NCBI GenBank assembly: GCA_027460535.1
Contig: JAPZAR010000007.1
Coordinates: 139,307 to 171,306 of the forward strand
Length of the DNA stretch: 32,000 nucleotides
Source: Candidatus Methanoperedens sp.
Lineage (GTDB): Archaea; Halobacteriota; Methanosarcinia; Methanosarcinales; Methanoperedenaceae
Direction of reading: 5' to 3'
The notes under the pieces are model-generated. The model was not told the DNA's origin and made no database searches. It saw nothing but the letters and a program-made list of their open reading frames with translations. Below are positions 8,010-16,588 of the stretch, piece after piece; the stretch's first letter is position 1; every line of letters begins with the position of its first letter. The translations under genes and the position numbers were made by a program.

Positions 8010-8297
8010 CTATGTTTTACATCTTTCCCTATATAAATTCTTATAGCCGTCCGAAGGCTCATAGGCAGTAAGCAGATAGAATCTCTGAGTAGATTGCTGT
8101 GTCAGCACCACCATAAGGATTCTGCCCTGAGATTCACCCAATATAGTATATCTTATTTCTCCAGCGGTCTTAATCTTCCGGGAATAGGTCAGCCCATTAA
8201 GTACATTGAAAACATCCGAAACGCTAACACCATGCCTTTTTATATGGTCTTCAGCATCAGGTCCGGCTATTAACTCAATCCTTTTCCAATCAACCAT
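8010..8297 (-). CDS. BrnT-like (DUF497-like) toxin candidate, 95 aa
   Basis: DHIKRHGVSVSDVFNVL resembles the KHGVSFEEA segment of BrnT. RYTILGESQGRILMVVLTQQSTQRFYLLTAYEPSDGYKNLYRE resembles the '..G....lvVv.t.r...iriITAr.a...E...Y' core. The TATA-like tattaaaa (complement of 8322-8329) lies about 27 nt upstream of the ATG, which would fit a leaderless mRNA. Confidence 0.5.
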   Translation of the reverse strand: MVDWKRIELIAGPDAEDHIKRHGVSVSDVFNVLNGLTYSRKIKTAGEIRYTILGESQGRILMVVLTQQSTQRFYLLTAYEPSDGYKNLYRERCKT

Positions 8298-8381
8298 TTA
8301 AGCTTGAATAGTCCACACCGGTTTTAATACTTTCGAAACTCAGTGGGTATAAAATCTTTTAGGGTTACAATAGCTTAATTT

Positions 8382-8447
8382 GGCAGACAGTGTCTGCCGA
8401 TTTTAAAAGGGTAATTTATCGATATCGATTCGTGACGCACTGCGTCA
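8382..8447. promoter_or_regulatory. Cluster of three different perfect palindromes upstream of the BrnT-like cassette
   Basis: The three are ggcagaca-g-tgtctgcc (8382-8398), atcgatatcgat (8418-8429) and tgacgca-c-tgcgtca (8433-8447). They lie 85-150 bp upstream of the cassette start and directly downstream of repeat copy B. Confidence 0.45.
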
Positions 8448-8469
8448 TAAATTTGAAAATTCACATCAT

Positions 8470-8587
8470 AAAAAAACCGCGGTTGACGTGGATACGCGCG
8501 GATCTGTGGAAATCCGTCCTATCAGTGTCATCCGTGTTCCGCACTGTGGCTGTGCTTTGCGCTCTTTGCGTCCTTTGCGGTGGGCTG
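8470..8587 (-). repeat. Interspersed short-period repeat element, copy B (compact form)
   Basis: Read on the minus strand: ccgcaaaggacgcaaagagcgcaaagc ... cacggatgacactgataggacggatttccacagatccgcgcg ... caaccgcgg + ttttttt. It begins about 35 nt downstream of the 45-codon ORF that follows hsdM. Confidence 0.7.
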
Positions 8588-8622
8588 CGCCAAAATTAGA
8601 AGCCGACATTTCAACAGTCATA

Positions 8623-8760
8623 TTATTCATCAGATGCCTCAACCATTTTACGCTTCTTCGCGATTTTTGTTCTTTTTTCAACAAGGGCTTCGAATTCATC
8701 TGGCATATAATCCTCCAGGTTCAATAACAGCACTCCCTTCGTTTCAGCCTCTTTTTTCAT
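8623..8760 (-). CDS. Hypothetical 45-aa ORF translationally coupled to hsdM
   Basis: Its ATG (8760-8758) overlaps the hsdM stop TGA (8759-8757) as ATGA. The product is [45 protein letters not shown]. It is below the ORF-track size cut-off and I recognise no family. Confidence 0.3.
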   Translation of the reverse strand: MKKEAETKGVLLLNLEDYMPDEFEALVEKRTKIAKKRKMVEASDE

Positions 8761-10307
8761 CCGGCTTCCAGCAGCCTCTCAACATTCTCAGCAATACGCC
8801 CTTCCAGTTCCCGCGCCTCTACATTAAGCGTTTCAAGCTCCTCGTTCAGTTCCTCAAGGCGTTCCTTGAAATCAAAATCATCAGCCTCGCGTTCAGCCAC
8901 TCCAACATAGCGCCCCGGGTTCAGGCTCCAGCCCTGCGCTTCAATCTCGGAAAGTTCAGCCACTCTGCATAAACCGGGAACATCCACGTATTTAACATCG
9001 GGGAACTTCTCTTTCAACATCGGCGCGCTGCCGTTCGTTGTTTCAGGCTCCTCGCCCCGATATAGCCGCACGATATTGGCAAGGAATTCGATTTGATCAG
9101 GCATGAAGTCTCGATGGGCGCGGTCAACCTGATGGAATATATACCGTGCGTCCAGAAAGAGGACTTTGTCCTTGCGCGGCGTTTTTAACTTGCCGCGGTC
9201 GAGGAACCAGAGAGTGCATGGCAATGTTACCGTGTAGAAGAAGTTCGAGCCAACGGCAACCATTACATCTACGGCGCCAGCTTCAATAAGCGATTTTCGG
9301 ATATCCTGCTCGCTTCCGCGGGCGTCGCTGGCTGAGTTTGCCATCACGAATCCACTGCGACCACCCTCATTCAGAGCGCTGTAAAATACCTGGATCCAGA
9401 GATAGTTGCCATTATCAGGCTTTGGCATGCCAAATGGGAAGCGGGGGTCGTCCTTGATACGCTCCTTGTCCACTCTATCGACGTTAAACGGTGGATTTGC
9501 CATCACGAAATCGAATTTGCCAAAGCTTTTGTGGATATCTTCGTAGTAGCTGTTGCCCTCGCGAATATCTCCAGAGAGACCATGAACCGCGAGGTTCATT
9601 TTGCACAGGCGCACAGTTTCAGCGGTTTTTTCCTGACCATAAACGCTTATCTCAGAATTGGGATTCTTCTTGTGGTTTCCCACGAAACGCGCACTCTGGA
9701 CGAACATACCGCCTGAGCCGCAGGCAGGGTCAAAGATGCGCCCGTGATAGGGCTCGATGACCTCGACTATGAGTTTAACAATAGAGGTGGGTGTAAAGAA
9801 CTCGCCTCCCTTCTGCCCCTCGCTCATGGCGAACTTGCCCAGGAAATACTCATAGATCTTTCCAAAGGCATCGCCTTCAATGTCCATAGGCACAGAGTTG
9901 AATGTCTTTAATAATTCAACCAGGGTGCTGTTATCGAGGTGATTATATGTCTTGGGCAGAATGTCTTTGAGCTCTTCGTTCTCAGCCTCGATGGCGCGCA
10001 TCGCTTCGTTGATGGCCTTTCCAATATCAGCACCTTCTGGCAGGTTGAGAAGCTTGGAGAATCTTGAGGCTTCAGGCAGGTACAGCACACCGCGCGCCTG
10101 GTAATCTGTTTTGCCGACGGCGCGCCTGTCTGAACTTTTACCTGCCAGCTCCTTCTGGGCTATAGTAAACTTGTGATCAGCGTAACGGAGAAAGATCAGT
10201 CCAAGAACCGGGACTGAGTATTCCGAAGATTTTAATTTAGAATTTGCCCGTAGCTCGTCTGCGGCAGACCACAGACGTTTTTCAATCTCGTTATGATTGC
10301 CTGCCAT
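8757..10307 (-). CDS. hsdM: Type I restriction enzyme methyltransferase subunit (HsdM), 516 aa
   Basis: The N-terminus has the HsdM_N signature [36 protein letters not shown]. The AdoMet motif is [11 protein letters not shown] and the catalytic motif is [11 protein letters not shown]-terminal coiled coil is present. Confidence 0.93.
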   Translation of the reverse strand: MAGNHNEIEKRLWSAADELRANSKLKSSEYSVPVLGLIFLRYADHKFTIAQKELAGKSSDRRAVGKTDYQARGVLYLPEASRFSKLLNLPEGADIGKAINEAMRAIEAENEELKDILPKTYNHLDNSTLVELLKTFNSVPMDIEGDAFGKIYEYFLGKFAMSEGQKGGEFFTPTSIVKLIVEVIEPYHGRIFDPACGSGGMFVQSARFVGNHKKNPNSEISVYGQEKTAETVRLCKMNLAVHGLSGDIREGNSYYEDIHKSFGKFDFVMANPPFNVDRVDKERIKDDPRFPFGMPKPDNGNYLWIQVFYSALNEGGRSGFVMANSASDARGSEQDIRKSLIEAGAVDVMVAVGSNFFYTVTLPCTLWFLDRGKLKTPRKDKVLFLDARYIFHQVDRAHRDFMPDQIEFLANIVRLYRGEEPETTNGSAPMLKEKFPDVKYVDVPGLCRVAELSEIEAQGWSLNPGRYVGVAEREADDFDFKERLEELNEELETLNVEARELEGRIAENVERLLEAG

Positions 10308-10760
10308 TTTTGCGCCTCATTTCTCCTTCCTTGTTTGACCCGCTAAGGACGATAGGCATCCTTTAGTTAGACCGAACATATAACTTAGTATATATTGATA
10401 AGCATATTGTCTTAAATGCAATATCGAATTATGGATTTAAATTTAAATATGTCTCCTTTTGGCTTTGTCATACCAACTCTTCCTGAGCCTTGAAGAGGAG
10501 GAATTTCTGGGGCTGTTCGCAGAATATGAGCCTTATCCCCCAAAGTCCTCAGACGCATGGAATCGAAATCATAACGGTGGCTAAAATTTATGTACGATTA
10601 ATAACAATGATTTCTTATAATGTATGTAATCCTCTCCCTTTAATTAAAAAATAGACGGGAATAAAGATGGGGAAAGGATTCGGGATAATTCATGCCTGGG
10701 GAAGCGGTTCTGGTCAGCGGGGCTCTTAATTGCTCATTTATCATTGAAATGAGGTAACGG

Positions 10761-11612
10761 ATGGAAATTAAAAGAATAGGGGTGATAGGTGCAGGGATTA
10801 TGGGAGGAGGAATAGCCCAGGTCGCTGCACAGAGCGGTTATGAGGTAGTCCTGGAAGACCTGAACGAAGAATATGTAAAAGCAGGATTCACAAAAGTAAA
10901 AGAAAGACTTGAAAGAAGGGTAAGTGAAGGAAAAATTGAAAGCAAAGAGAAAGACAGGATCCTCTCGAATATAAAAACCTGCACAAGCCTGGAGGATTTT
11001 GGAAATGTTGACCTGGTGATCGAGGCGGTGGTAGAAAATGAAGATATTAAAAAACAGATTTTTAAAGAGCTTGATAGAATATGCCCCAGCGATATCATTT
11101 TCACAACCAATACCTCTTCAATATCAATAACCAGACTTGCCCGGGTCACAGAAAGACCGAAGATCTTTGCTGGTATGCATTTCATGAACCCTGCGTACAT
11201 AATGAAACTTGTGGAGGTGGTCCGGGGGTTGCACACGTCAGAGGAGACAATAGATGCGGTGAAAGCAATAGCTGAAAAAATGGGTAAAATCCCTGCTGTT
11301 GTCAATGATTCACCAGGCTTTGTAGTGAACCGTTTGCTTATGCCCATGGTAAATAATGCCATCTACTGCCTGCAGGAAGGGGTTGCTGCCAGAGAGGACA
11401 TTGATACCATCATGAAGTTTGGGGCAAATCATCCGATGGGACCGCTTGAGCTTGCGGATTTTATTGGCCTTGATATTTGCCTTAATATTATAGGGGTCCT
11501 TCATTCAGAACTCGGAGAGAAATATATGCCTTGTCCATTGCTTCGAAGAATGGTAGCTGAGGGAAAGCTCGGGAGAAAAAGCGGAGAAGGATTTTATGAA
11601 TACAGGAAATGA
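10761..11612 (+). CDS. hbd: 3-hydroxyacyl/3-hydroxybutyryl-CoA dehydrogenase
   Basis: Rossmann motif IGVIGAGIMGGGIAQV; family segments include NTSSISIT, HFMNPA, EVVRG, PGFVVNRLL and DFIGLD. The 283-aa length fits. Confidence 0.85.
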   Translation: MEIKRIGVIGAGIMGGGIAQVAAQSGYEVVLEDLNEEYVKAGFTKVKERLERRVSEGKIESKEKDRILSNIKTCTSLEDFGNVDLVIEAVVENEDIKKQIFKELDRICPSDIIFTTNTSSISITRLARVTERPKIFAGMHFMNPAYIMKLVEVVRGLHTSEETIDAVKAIAEKMGKIPAVVNDSPGFVVNRLLMPMVNNAIYCLQEGVAAREDIDTIMKFGANHPMGPLELADFIGLDICLNIIGVLHSELGEKYMPCPLLRRMVAEGKLGRKSGEGFYEYRK

Positions 11613-12371
11613 ACTCGTAAAGATTGAGAAGAAAAAGGATATCGCGATTCTAATATTGAACAGACCTGAAGCTATGAATGTCCTGGATACCAGAATGCTT
11701 CAGGAATTCGGGTCTTTTTTGACCGAGCTTGAGAATGACAAAGAGATTAGAGCCGTAATTATAACCGGTGAAAAAAATTTCTGCGCGGGGGCAGACATTA
11801 AAGAAATCAAAATAAAACATCCGGCGGAAGCAGAAATGTTTTCAAGGCTGGGTCATAGAGTCTTCAATCAGCTTGAAAATATTGAAAAACCGGTGATCGC
11901 TGCAATTAAAGGCTATGCACTGGGGGGAGGATGTGAACTTTGTCTTGCCTGTGACATAAGGATCGCTGCCGATGATGCAAAATTCGGCCAGACTGAAATC
12001 AATCTTGGTCTTATTCCCGGGTTTGGAAGCACCCAGCGGCTGACAAGACTCGTGGGGATAGGGAAAGCAAAGGAGATGATACTTACGGGTAGGATTATAG
12101 GCGCAAAAGAGGCAGAATCAATCGGGCTTGTCAATATGGTTGTGAAGAATGAAGAGCTTGCGAAAAAGGCAGAAGAAACTGCACAGGTTCTGGCTCAAAA
12201 AGCCCTCTAACTATTAAAATAGCTAAAATGTTGATAAATAAGAATCTGGAAATGAAAAAAGGACTTGAGATGGAGATAATTTCGTTCTCCGAATGCTTTG
12301 CCTCCCAGGATCATATGGAAGGTATAAACGCCTTCCTGGAAAAGAGAAAGCCCAGGTTCAAGGGTAATTGA
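11596..12371 (+). pseudogene. Enoyl-CoA hydratase (crotonase), interrupted by a single-base frameshift near 12202-12207
   Basis: Frame 1 (11596-12210) encodes the crotonase core (NRPEAMNVLD, FCAGADIKE, AAIKGYALGGGCELCLACDIRIA) and stops at TAA 12208-12210. The expected C-terminus (PLTIKIAKMLINKNLEM...FSECFASQDHMEGINAFLEKRKPRFKGN) continues in the frame starting at 12204 and ends at 12371. One extra C in the CCC run would restore a crotonase of about 259 aa. Confidence 0.8.
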
Positions 12372-12379
12372 TCTTTAAA

Positions 12380-12601
12380 ATGTCCGAAAAATTCGACGTC
12401 ATAATTGTAGGCTCTGGGCCAGGGTGCAGCAGCTTATTCGCTTGCAAAGATGAGGTATTGATGGTAGAGAAGGGCAAGTATCCTGGGGCTAAGAATGGCG
12501 GGAGGATGTATGTGCATCGGTATCTGCTTCATGCATGCAATAAAGTCCATGATCACTTTTTCTTTTTTTTTATTATGGTCTTAGCATCAGTGATTCAATA
12601 A
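12380..12601 (+). pseudogene. 5' remnant of an FAD-dependent ETF-quinone oxidoreductase (FixC-like) gene
   Basis: MSEKFDVIIVGSGPG...VLMVEKGKYPGAKNGGRMY matches the N-terminal dinucleotide-binding segment of FixC/ETF-QO, with small deletions. Similarity is lost after about 45 codons, and the frame runs into a T-homopolymer and the convergent acd stop. Confidence 0.55.
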
Positions 12602-13794
12602 GGCGCGAACTCTTTTCCCAGGATCTCTCTGCCAATAATTATCTTCATGATGTTTTGTGCTCCCTCAGCCCCTATAATATAGGAAGCCACGCCCCTTAAT
12701 CCCCGTTCAAGCCCTGCTTCTTTGGTATAGCCGTATGCCCCATACCATGTCAATACGTCCCTAATGATATCAAAAGCCACGGTTGGCGCAATGAGCTTGG
12801 CACTGGCTACCGCTTTATTTATTTCATTATGGCTGAATCTTTTTTCAGCGTACATCCGGTCAACCATCCAGACCGCTTTGTAAACCATTAATTTTGCAGA
12901 TTCAAGTCTTATAAAATCCTCGGCCATTTGAAACTGGATTCCCTCGAACTTTGCAAGGGGGCTCCCGAAAATGTGCCTTTCTTTTATATATTCAATTCCG
13001 GATTCCAGGGCTTTCTCAGCAGCACCTATGCATGCGGCTGCCACAAGCGTCCGGGCGCAGTTAAAACCCTCCATCGCGTAATAAAATCCATTATTCCATT
13101 CCCCTATGAGATAATGAGCAGGTATCTCTACATTGCTGATATTTATAGTGCCCGTGGATATTCCTTCTCTCCCCATCTGCTTAAAAATGCTGGTAGTTAT
13201 CCCTGGTATATCTTTTACCGGAAGGTAGCAAAGCGACAGGCCTTTATGCTTAAGTTCAGGACTTGTCTTTATGATGGCCACATAACCTCCTCCATATCTG
13301 GCAGCTTCCCTGACACCGCTTATGAAGGTCTTTGCGCCATTTACCACCAGTTTATCACCCTTTTTTTCCATCATAGTTGACATTGCTGCTATATCCGAGC
13401 CTCCACCAGCTTCAGTCGAGGCTATACCCAGAAATTTTTTTCCATTCGTTACTTCGGGAAGAATTTCTTCCTTGGCTTTCTTGTTTCCATATCTATTCAT
13501 CAGGAAACCCCAGCCTGCTTCTACGAGGTAATAAACAGCAGTCGCCATGCTTATATCGGCTCTGGCTATTTCTTCGGCTGCTATTGCGGCCGTGGTGAAG
13601 TCTGCACCCTGCCCGCCGTACTCTTCTGGAATGGTTATACCAAGAAGTCCCATAGCCGCCATATCTTCCACGACTTCACGAGGGATCTCTCCACTCTCAT
13701 CGATTTCGCGGGCACGCGGAGCAAGCTTTTTATTGCAGAATTCCCTCACAGACTTTCTGAAAAGTTCCTGTTCTTCAGTAAAGGAAAAATCCAT
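12595..13794 (-). CDS. Acyl-CoA dehydrogenase
   Basis: N-terminus MDFSFTEEQELFRKSVREF; further ACAD features are GSDIAAMST, WITNG-like FISGV and the C-terminal YEGAQNI-like IGAEGAQNIMKIIIGREIL. The start at 13794 is preferred because ggggtaaaa precedes it; an alternative ATG lies at 13806. Confidence 0.85.
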   Translation of the reverse strand: MDFSFTEEQELFRKSVREFCNKKLAPRAREIDESGEIPREVVEDMAAMGLLGITIPEEYGGQGADFTTAAIAAEEIARADISMATAVYYLVEAGWGFLMNRYGNKKAKEEILPEVTNGKKFLGIASTEAGGGSDIAAMSTMMEKKGDKLVVNGAKTFISGVREAARYGGGYVAIIKTSPELKHKGLSLCYLPVKDIPGITTSIFKQMGREGISTGTINISNVEIPAHYLIGEWNNGFYYAMEGFNCARTLVAAACIGAAEKALESGIEYIKERHIFGSPLAKFEGIQFQMAEDFIRLESAKLMVYKAVWMVDRMYAEKRFSHNEINKAVASAKLIAPTVAFDIIRDVLTWYGAYGYTKEAGLERGLRGVASYIIGAEGAQNIMKIIIGREILGKEFAPY

Positions 13795-13903
13795 TTTTAC
13801 CCCCATAATGTTATTGCTTTGTTGTTAATTAAGTTATCTCATCTCTTTAGTTAATTTAATAACCTCGAAGGAATTCTAAGGGACAGAAGAAGAGGAAAGA
13901 CAT

Positions 13904-15031
13904 ATGACCCAATACAAAATCCCAGTTATACCCGGCGACGGGATCGGCCCTGAAATAATCAGAGAAGGACGCAAGGTACTTGATGCGGCAGGCGAGAGAT
14001 TCGGCTTCGATATCGAATGGACTGAATACCCCCACGGCGCTGACCACTACCTTGAAACGGGCGAACTCATTTCTGAAGATACGTTAAAGGACCTTTCCCG
14101 ATTCAAGGCCATCTATTTCGGCGCAATAGGCGATGAAAGGATAAAACCCGGGATCCTTGAAAAAGGCATTCTTCTTACCATCCGCTTTTATTTTGATGAG
14201 TATGTCAACCTCCGCCCTGTGAAATTACTGGAAGGAGTCTGGACACCCCTCAAAGACAAGACTCCGAAGGATATCGATTTCGTGGTGGTGCGCGAGAATA
14301 CCGAGGATTTCTATATAGGCATAGGCGGGCGCGCTAAGAAAGGAAGGAGCAAGAAAACGCTTGAGGTCATACGGAATTTGTATAACGTGAAATTCGGCCT
14401 GGATATTAATTCGGACAGCGAAGAGATAGGCTACCAGCTAGGTCTTATCAGCAAGGAAGGCACGCGGCGTGTCATCCGCTATGCCTTTGAGCTTGCAAAG
14501 GACAGTAAAAAGCATCTCTCTTCAGTGGATAAAGCAAACGTGCTCTCGGATATATACGGGTTCTGGCGCGAGGAGTTCACATCCATTGCTGCAGAATACC
14601 CGGATGTAAAGACGGATTTCAATTTTGTGGATGCCATAACGATGTGGTTCGTTAAGAACCCCGAATGGTTCGATACAGTTGTGGCCCCAAACATGTTCGG
14701 CGACATCATCACTGATCTTGGCGCGATGATACAGGGCGGTCTTGGTCTCGCCCCTGGCGGCAACATAAACCCGGAAGGCACAAGCATGTTCGAGCCAATA
14801 CATGGAAGCGCACCCAAATACAAAGGCCAGAACAAAGTCAACCCAATCGCAACCATCTGGGCGGGGTCACTCCTGCTTGACCAGATAGGTGAAAAAGATG
14901 CAGCATCAGCCATCGTCAGGGCTATAGAGCAGAATATCGTCAATGGAGAGGTGAAGACCTACGACATGGGAGGGTCAAATACTACCTCCGAAGTCGGAGA
15001 CGATATCGAGAGATTGATAAAGGAAGGTTAG
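13904..15031 (+). CDS. Isocitrate/isopropylmalate dehydrogenase-family enzyme (tartrate / D-malate / 3-IPM dehydrogenase-like)
   Basis: [53 protein letters not shown] and [21 protein letters not shown] are beta-decarboxylating dehydrogenase signatures. The N-terminus resembles the tartrate dehydrogenase subgroup. Substrate cannot be assigned. Confidence 0.8.
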   Translation: MTQYKIPVIPGDGIGPEIIREGRKVLDAAGERFGFDIEWTEYPHGADHYLETGELISEDTLKDLSRFKAIYFGAIGDERIKPGILEKGILLTIRFYFDEYVNLRPVKLLEGVWTPLKDKTPKDIDFVVVRENTEDFYIGIGGRAKKGRSKKTLEVIRNLYNVKFGLDINSDSEEIGYQLGLISKEGTRRVIRYAFELAKDSKKHLSSVDKANVLSDIYGFWREEFTSIAAEYPDVKTDFNFVDAITMWFVKNPEWFDTVVAPNMFGDIITDLGAMIQGGLGLAPGGNINPEGTSMFEPIHGSAPKYKGQNKVNPIATIWAGSLLLDQIGEKDAASAIVRAIEQNIVNGEVKTYDMGGSNTTSEVGDDIERLIKEG

Positions 15032-15112
15032 AAAATCCCCTGATGCCAAAAGGCAGATATCATTGTAATTCATGTAAGCTGCAGCGGGGTCTTTTTCATC
15101 CGTTCTTAAATT

Positions 15113-15799
15113 ATGGAAGAGAGTGAACTAATCCAGACCGGGCCTGACAATGTATTCACCTTGAAACTTGAGGGTTCCAAAAGGCTGTTATCGAAAAATC
15201 TCCTTCATGGAAGTGTTTACGGAGAAAGGCTGGTAGCTGTAGGAAAAGACGAATACCGCATCTGGGATCCCTACCGCAGCAAACTTGCCGCCATAATATT
15301 AAAAGGCGCGTACATTCCGATAAAAAAGGATTCCCAGGTTCTTTATCTCGGGGCTGCCAACGGGACCACGGTCAGCCATGTTTCAGATATTGTATCGGAT
15401 GGCACTGTTTTTGCAGTGGAATTCTCGCCAAGAGCAATGCAGGACCTTCTCAGCGTGTGCATTTCAAGGATCAACCTTATCCCGGTGTTTGCAGATGCCG
15501 GGCATCCCGGCTCATACACGAATCTGGTTCCTGAAGTGGACTTCATATACCAGGATGTTGCCCAGCGTGAACAGGCATTGATAGCGATCCGAAACGCCGA
15601 AGTTTTCCTCAAGAAAGATGGTTTTCTGATTTTGATGATCAAGTCCAAGAGCATTGATTCTGCAAGAAAGACAAAAGAAGTTATCAATGATGAAATAAAA
15701 AAATTGGAGGATTATTTTAAGATCAAAGAACTGATATATCTGGAACCTTATCATTCAGACCATATGGCGGTTGTTGCGCAAAAATATCTCACTTCATAA
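15113..15799 (+). CDS. flpA: Fibrillarin-like rRNA/tRNA 2'-O-methyltransferase
   Basis: YRIWDPYRSKLAA, VLYLGAANGTTVSHVSDIV, VFAVEFSPRAMQDLL and IYQDVAQREQA are canonical archaeal fibrillarin segments. Confidence 0.9.
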   Translation: MEESELIQTGPDNVFTLKLEGSKRLLSKNLLHGSVYGERLVAVGKDEYRIWDPYRSKLAAIILKGAYIPIKKDSQVLYLGAANGTTVSHVSDIVSDGTVFAVEFSPRAMQDLLSVCISRINLIPVFADAGHPGSYTNLVPEVDFIYQDVAQREQALIAIRNAEVFLKKDGFLILMIKSKSIDSARKTKEVINDEIKKLEDYFKIKELIYLEPYHSDHMAVVAQKYLTS

Positions 15800-15807
15800 C
15801 GGCATCT

Positions 15808-16371
15808 ATGAATCTTTATTCTACATTTGTTCTTATAGTTCTGTATATGGTAATCACGTATCATATCATAGCTCTGAAGTACAGGAAATCCTATGGATTT
15901 ACATATTTTGGCAAAATTTCAAAAATATTCCTTGTCTCCCTTCATGTTTTCATTGTGGTCACAAATATACTTCTTTATTTCTGGCTGATATTAAAAGATT
16001 TTAACCCCATTTCCGAAATATTTTCAGCACTGGGGTTTCTGTTATTTGCCGCCGGGATCTTCATAATATTCTGGGGAGGTTATTCTCTTAGAAAAGCAGT
16101 TTTCGTTCCAGAAAATAAGCTGAGGGTCGTAGGACCTTTCATCTATGTCCGCCATCCCATGTACCTGGGCGGGATTATCGGTGCATTCGGGCTCGCGCTG
16201 TCTGCGGGTTCGTTTCTAGCCCTCATTTACTCAATCATCCTTGCTGCTGTACTGTCGCATATTGCAGATGCTGAAGAAGAGGATCTGACGGCAAGGTTAG
16301 GCCAGCAATATACTGAGTATATGGAAGCAGTACCCAAGCTCTTACCTCGCATGACCGTTCATGATTCTTGA
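15808..16371 (+). CDS. Isoprenylcysteine carboxyl methyltransferase (ICMT/PEMT)-family membrane methyltransferase
   Basis: Polytopic membrane protein with the C-terminal signature VRHPMYLGGIIGAFGLAL...AEEEDLTARLGQQYTEYMEAVPKLLP. Confidence 0.7.
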   Translation: MNLYSTFVLIVLYMVITYHIIALKYRKSYGFTYFGKISKIFLVSLHVFIVVTNILLYFWLILKDFNPISEIFSALGFLLFAAGIFIIFWGGYSLRKAVFVPENKLRVVGPFIYVRHPMYLGGIIGAFGLALSAGSFLALIYSIILAAVLSHIADAEEEDLTARLGQQYTEYMEAVPKLLPRMTVHDS

Positions 16372-16397
16372 ACGAATATTTCAAAAAGATGAGGGAT

Positions 16398-16568
16398 TCA
16401 CACCAATCTTCTGGTTAATATCCAGAAAATTGCGAACAGAATGACCACTGCAATCATCTTCCAGGTGTTTCCACAGCAACATCCAATGCTTTCATGAACA
16501 TCCTGCAGCTTTGCGCTATTTGTTGCTATTTCATTGTTTTTAATTACTTCGTTTTTTGAAACATCCAT
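16398..16568 (-). CDS. Possible 56-aa small membrane protein (CCC motif + one TM)
   Basis: An ATG..TGA frame not in the track: MDVSKNEVIKNNEIATNSAKLQDVHESIGCCCGNTWKMIAVVILFAIFWILTRRLV. It lies on the same strand and downstream of the 81-aa ORF and the binding-protein gene. No homology is known to me. Confidence 0.25.
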   Translation of the reverse strand: MDVSKNEVIKNNEIATNSAKLQDVHESIGCCCGNTWKMIAVVILFAIFWILTRRLV

Positions 16569-16588
16569 TTTTTCACATCCGATTCTGT

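Noticed and set aside
10466-10582. Open frame (…LSYQLFLSLEEEEFLGLFAEYEPYPPKSSDAWNRNHNGG*) in the hsdM-hbd intergenic region
   Set aside because: It has no start codon and no recognisable family. It may be the tail of a deleted gene, but I cannot support any call.
12202-12210. Programmed -1 ribosomal frameshift or stop-codon recoding in the crotonase gene
   Set aside because: There is no X_XXY_YYZ slippery heptamer in the zero frame and no obvious downstream stimulatory structure. A single-base indel in a CCC run is the simpler explanation.
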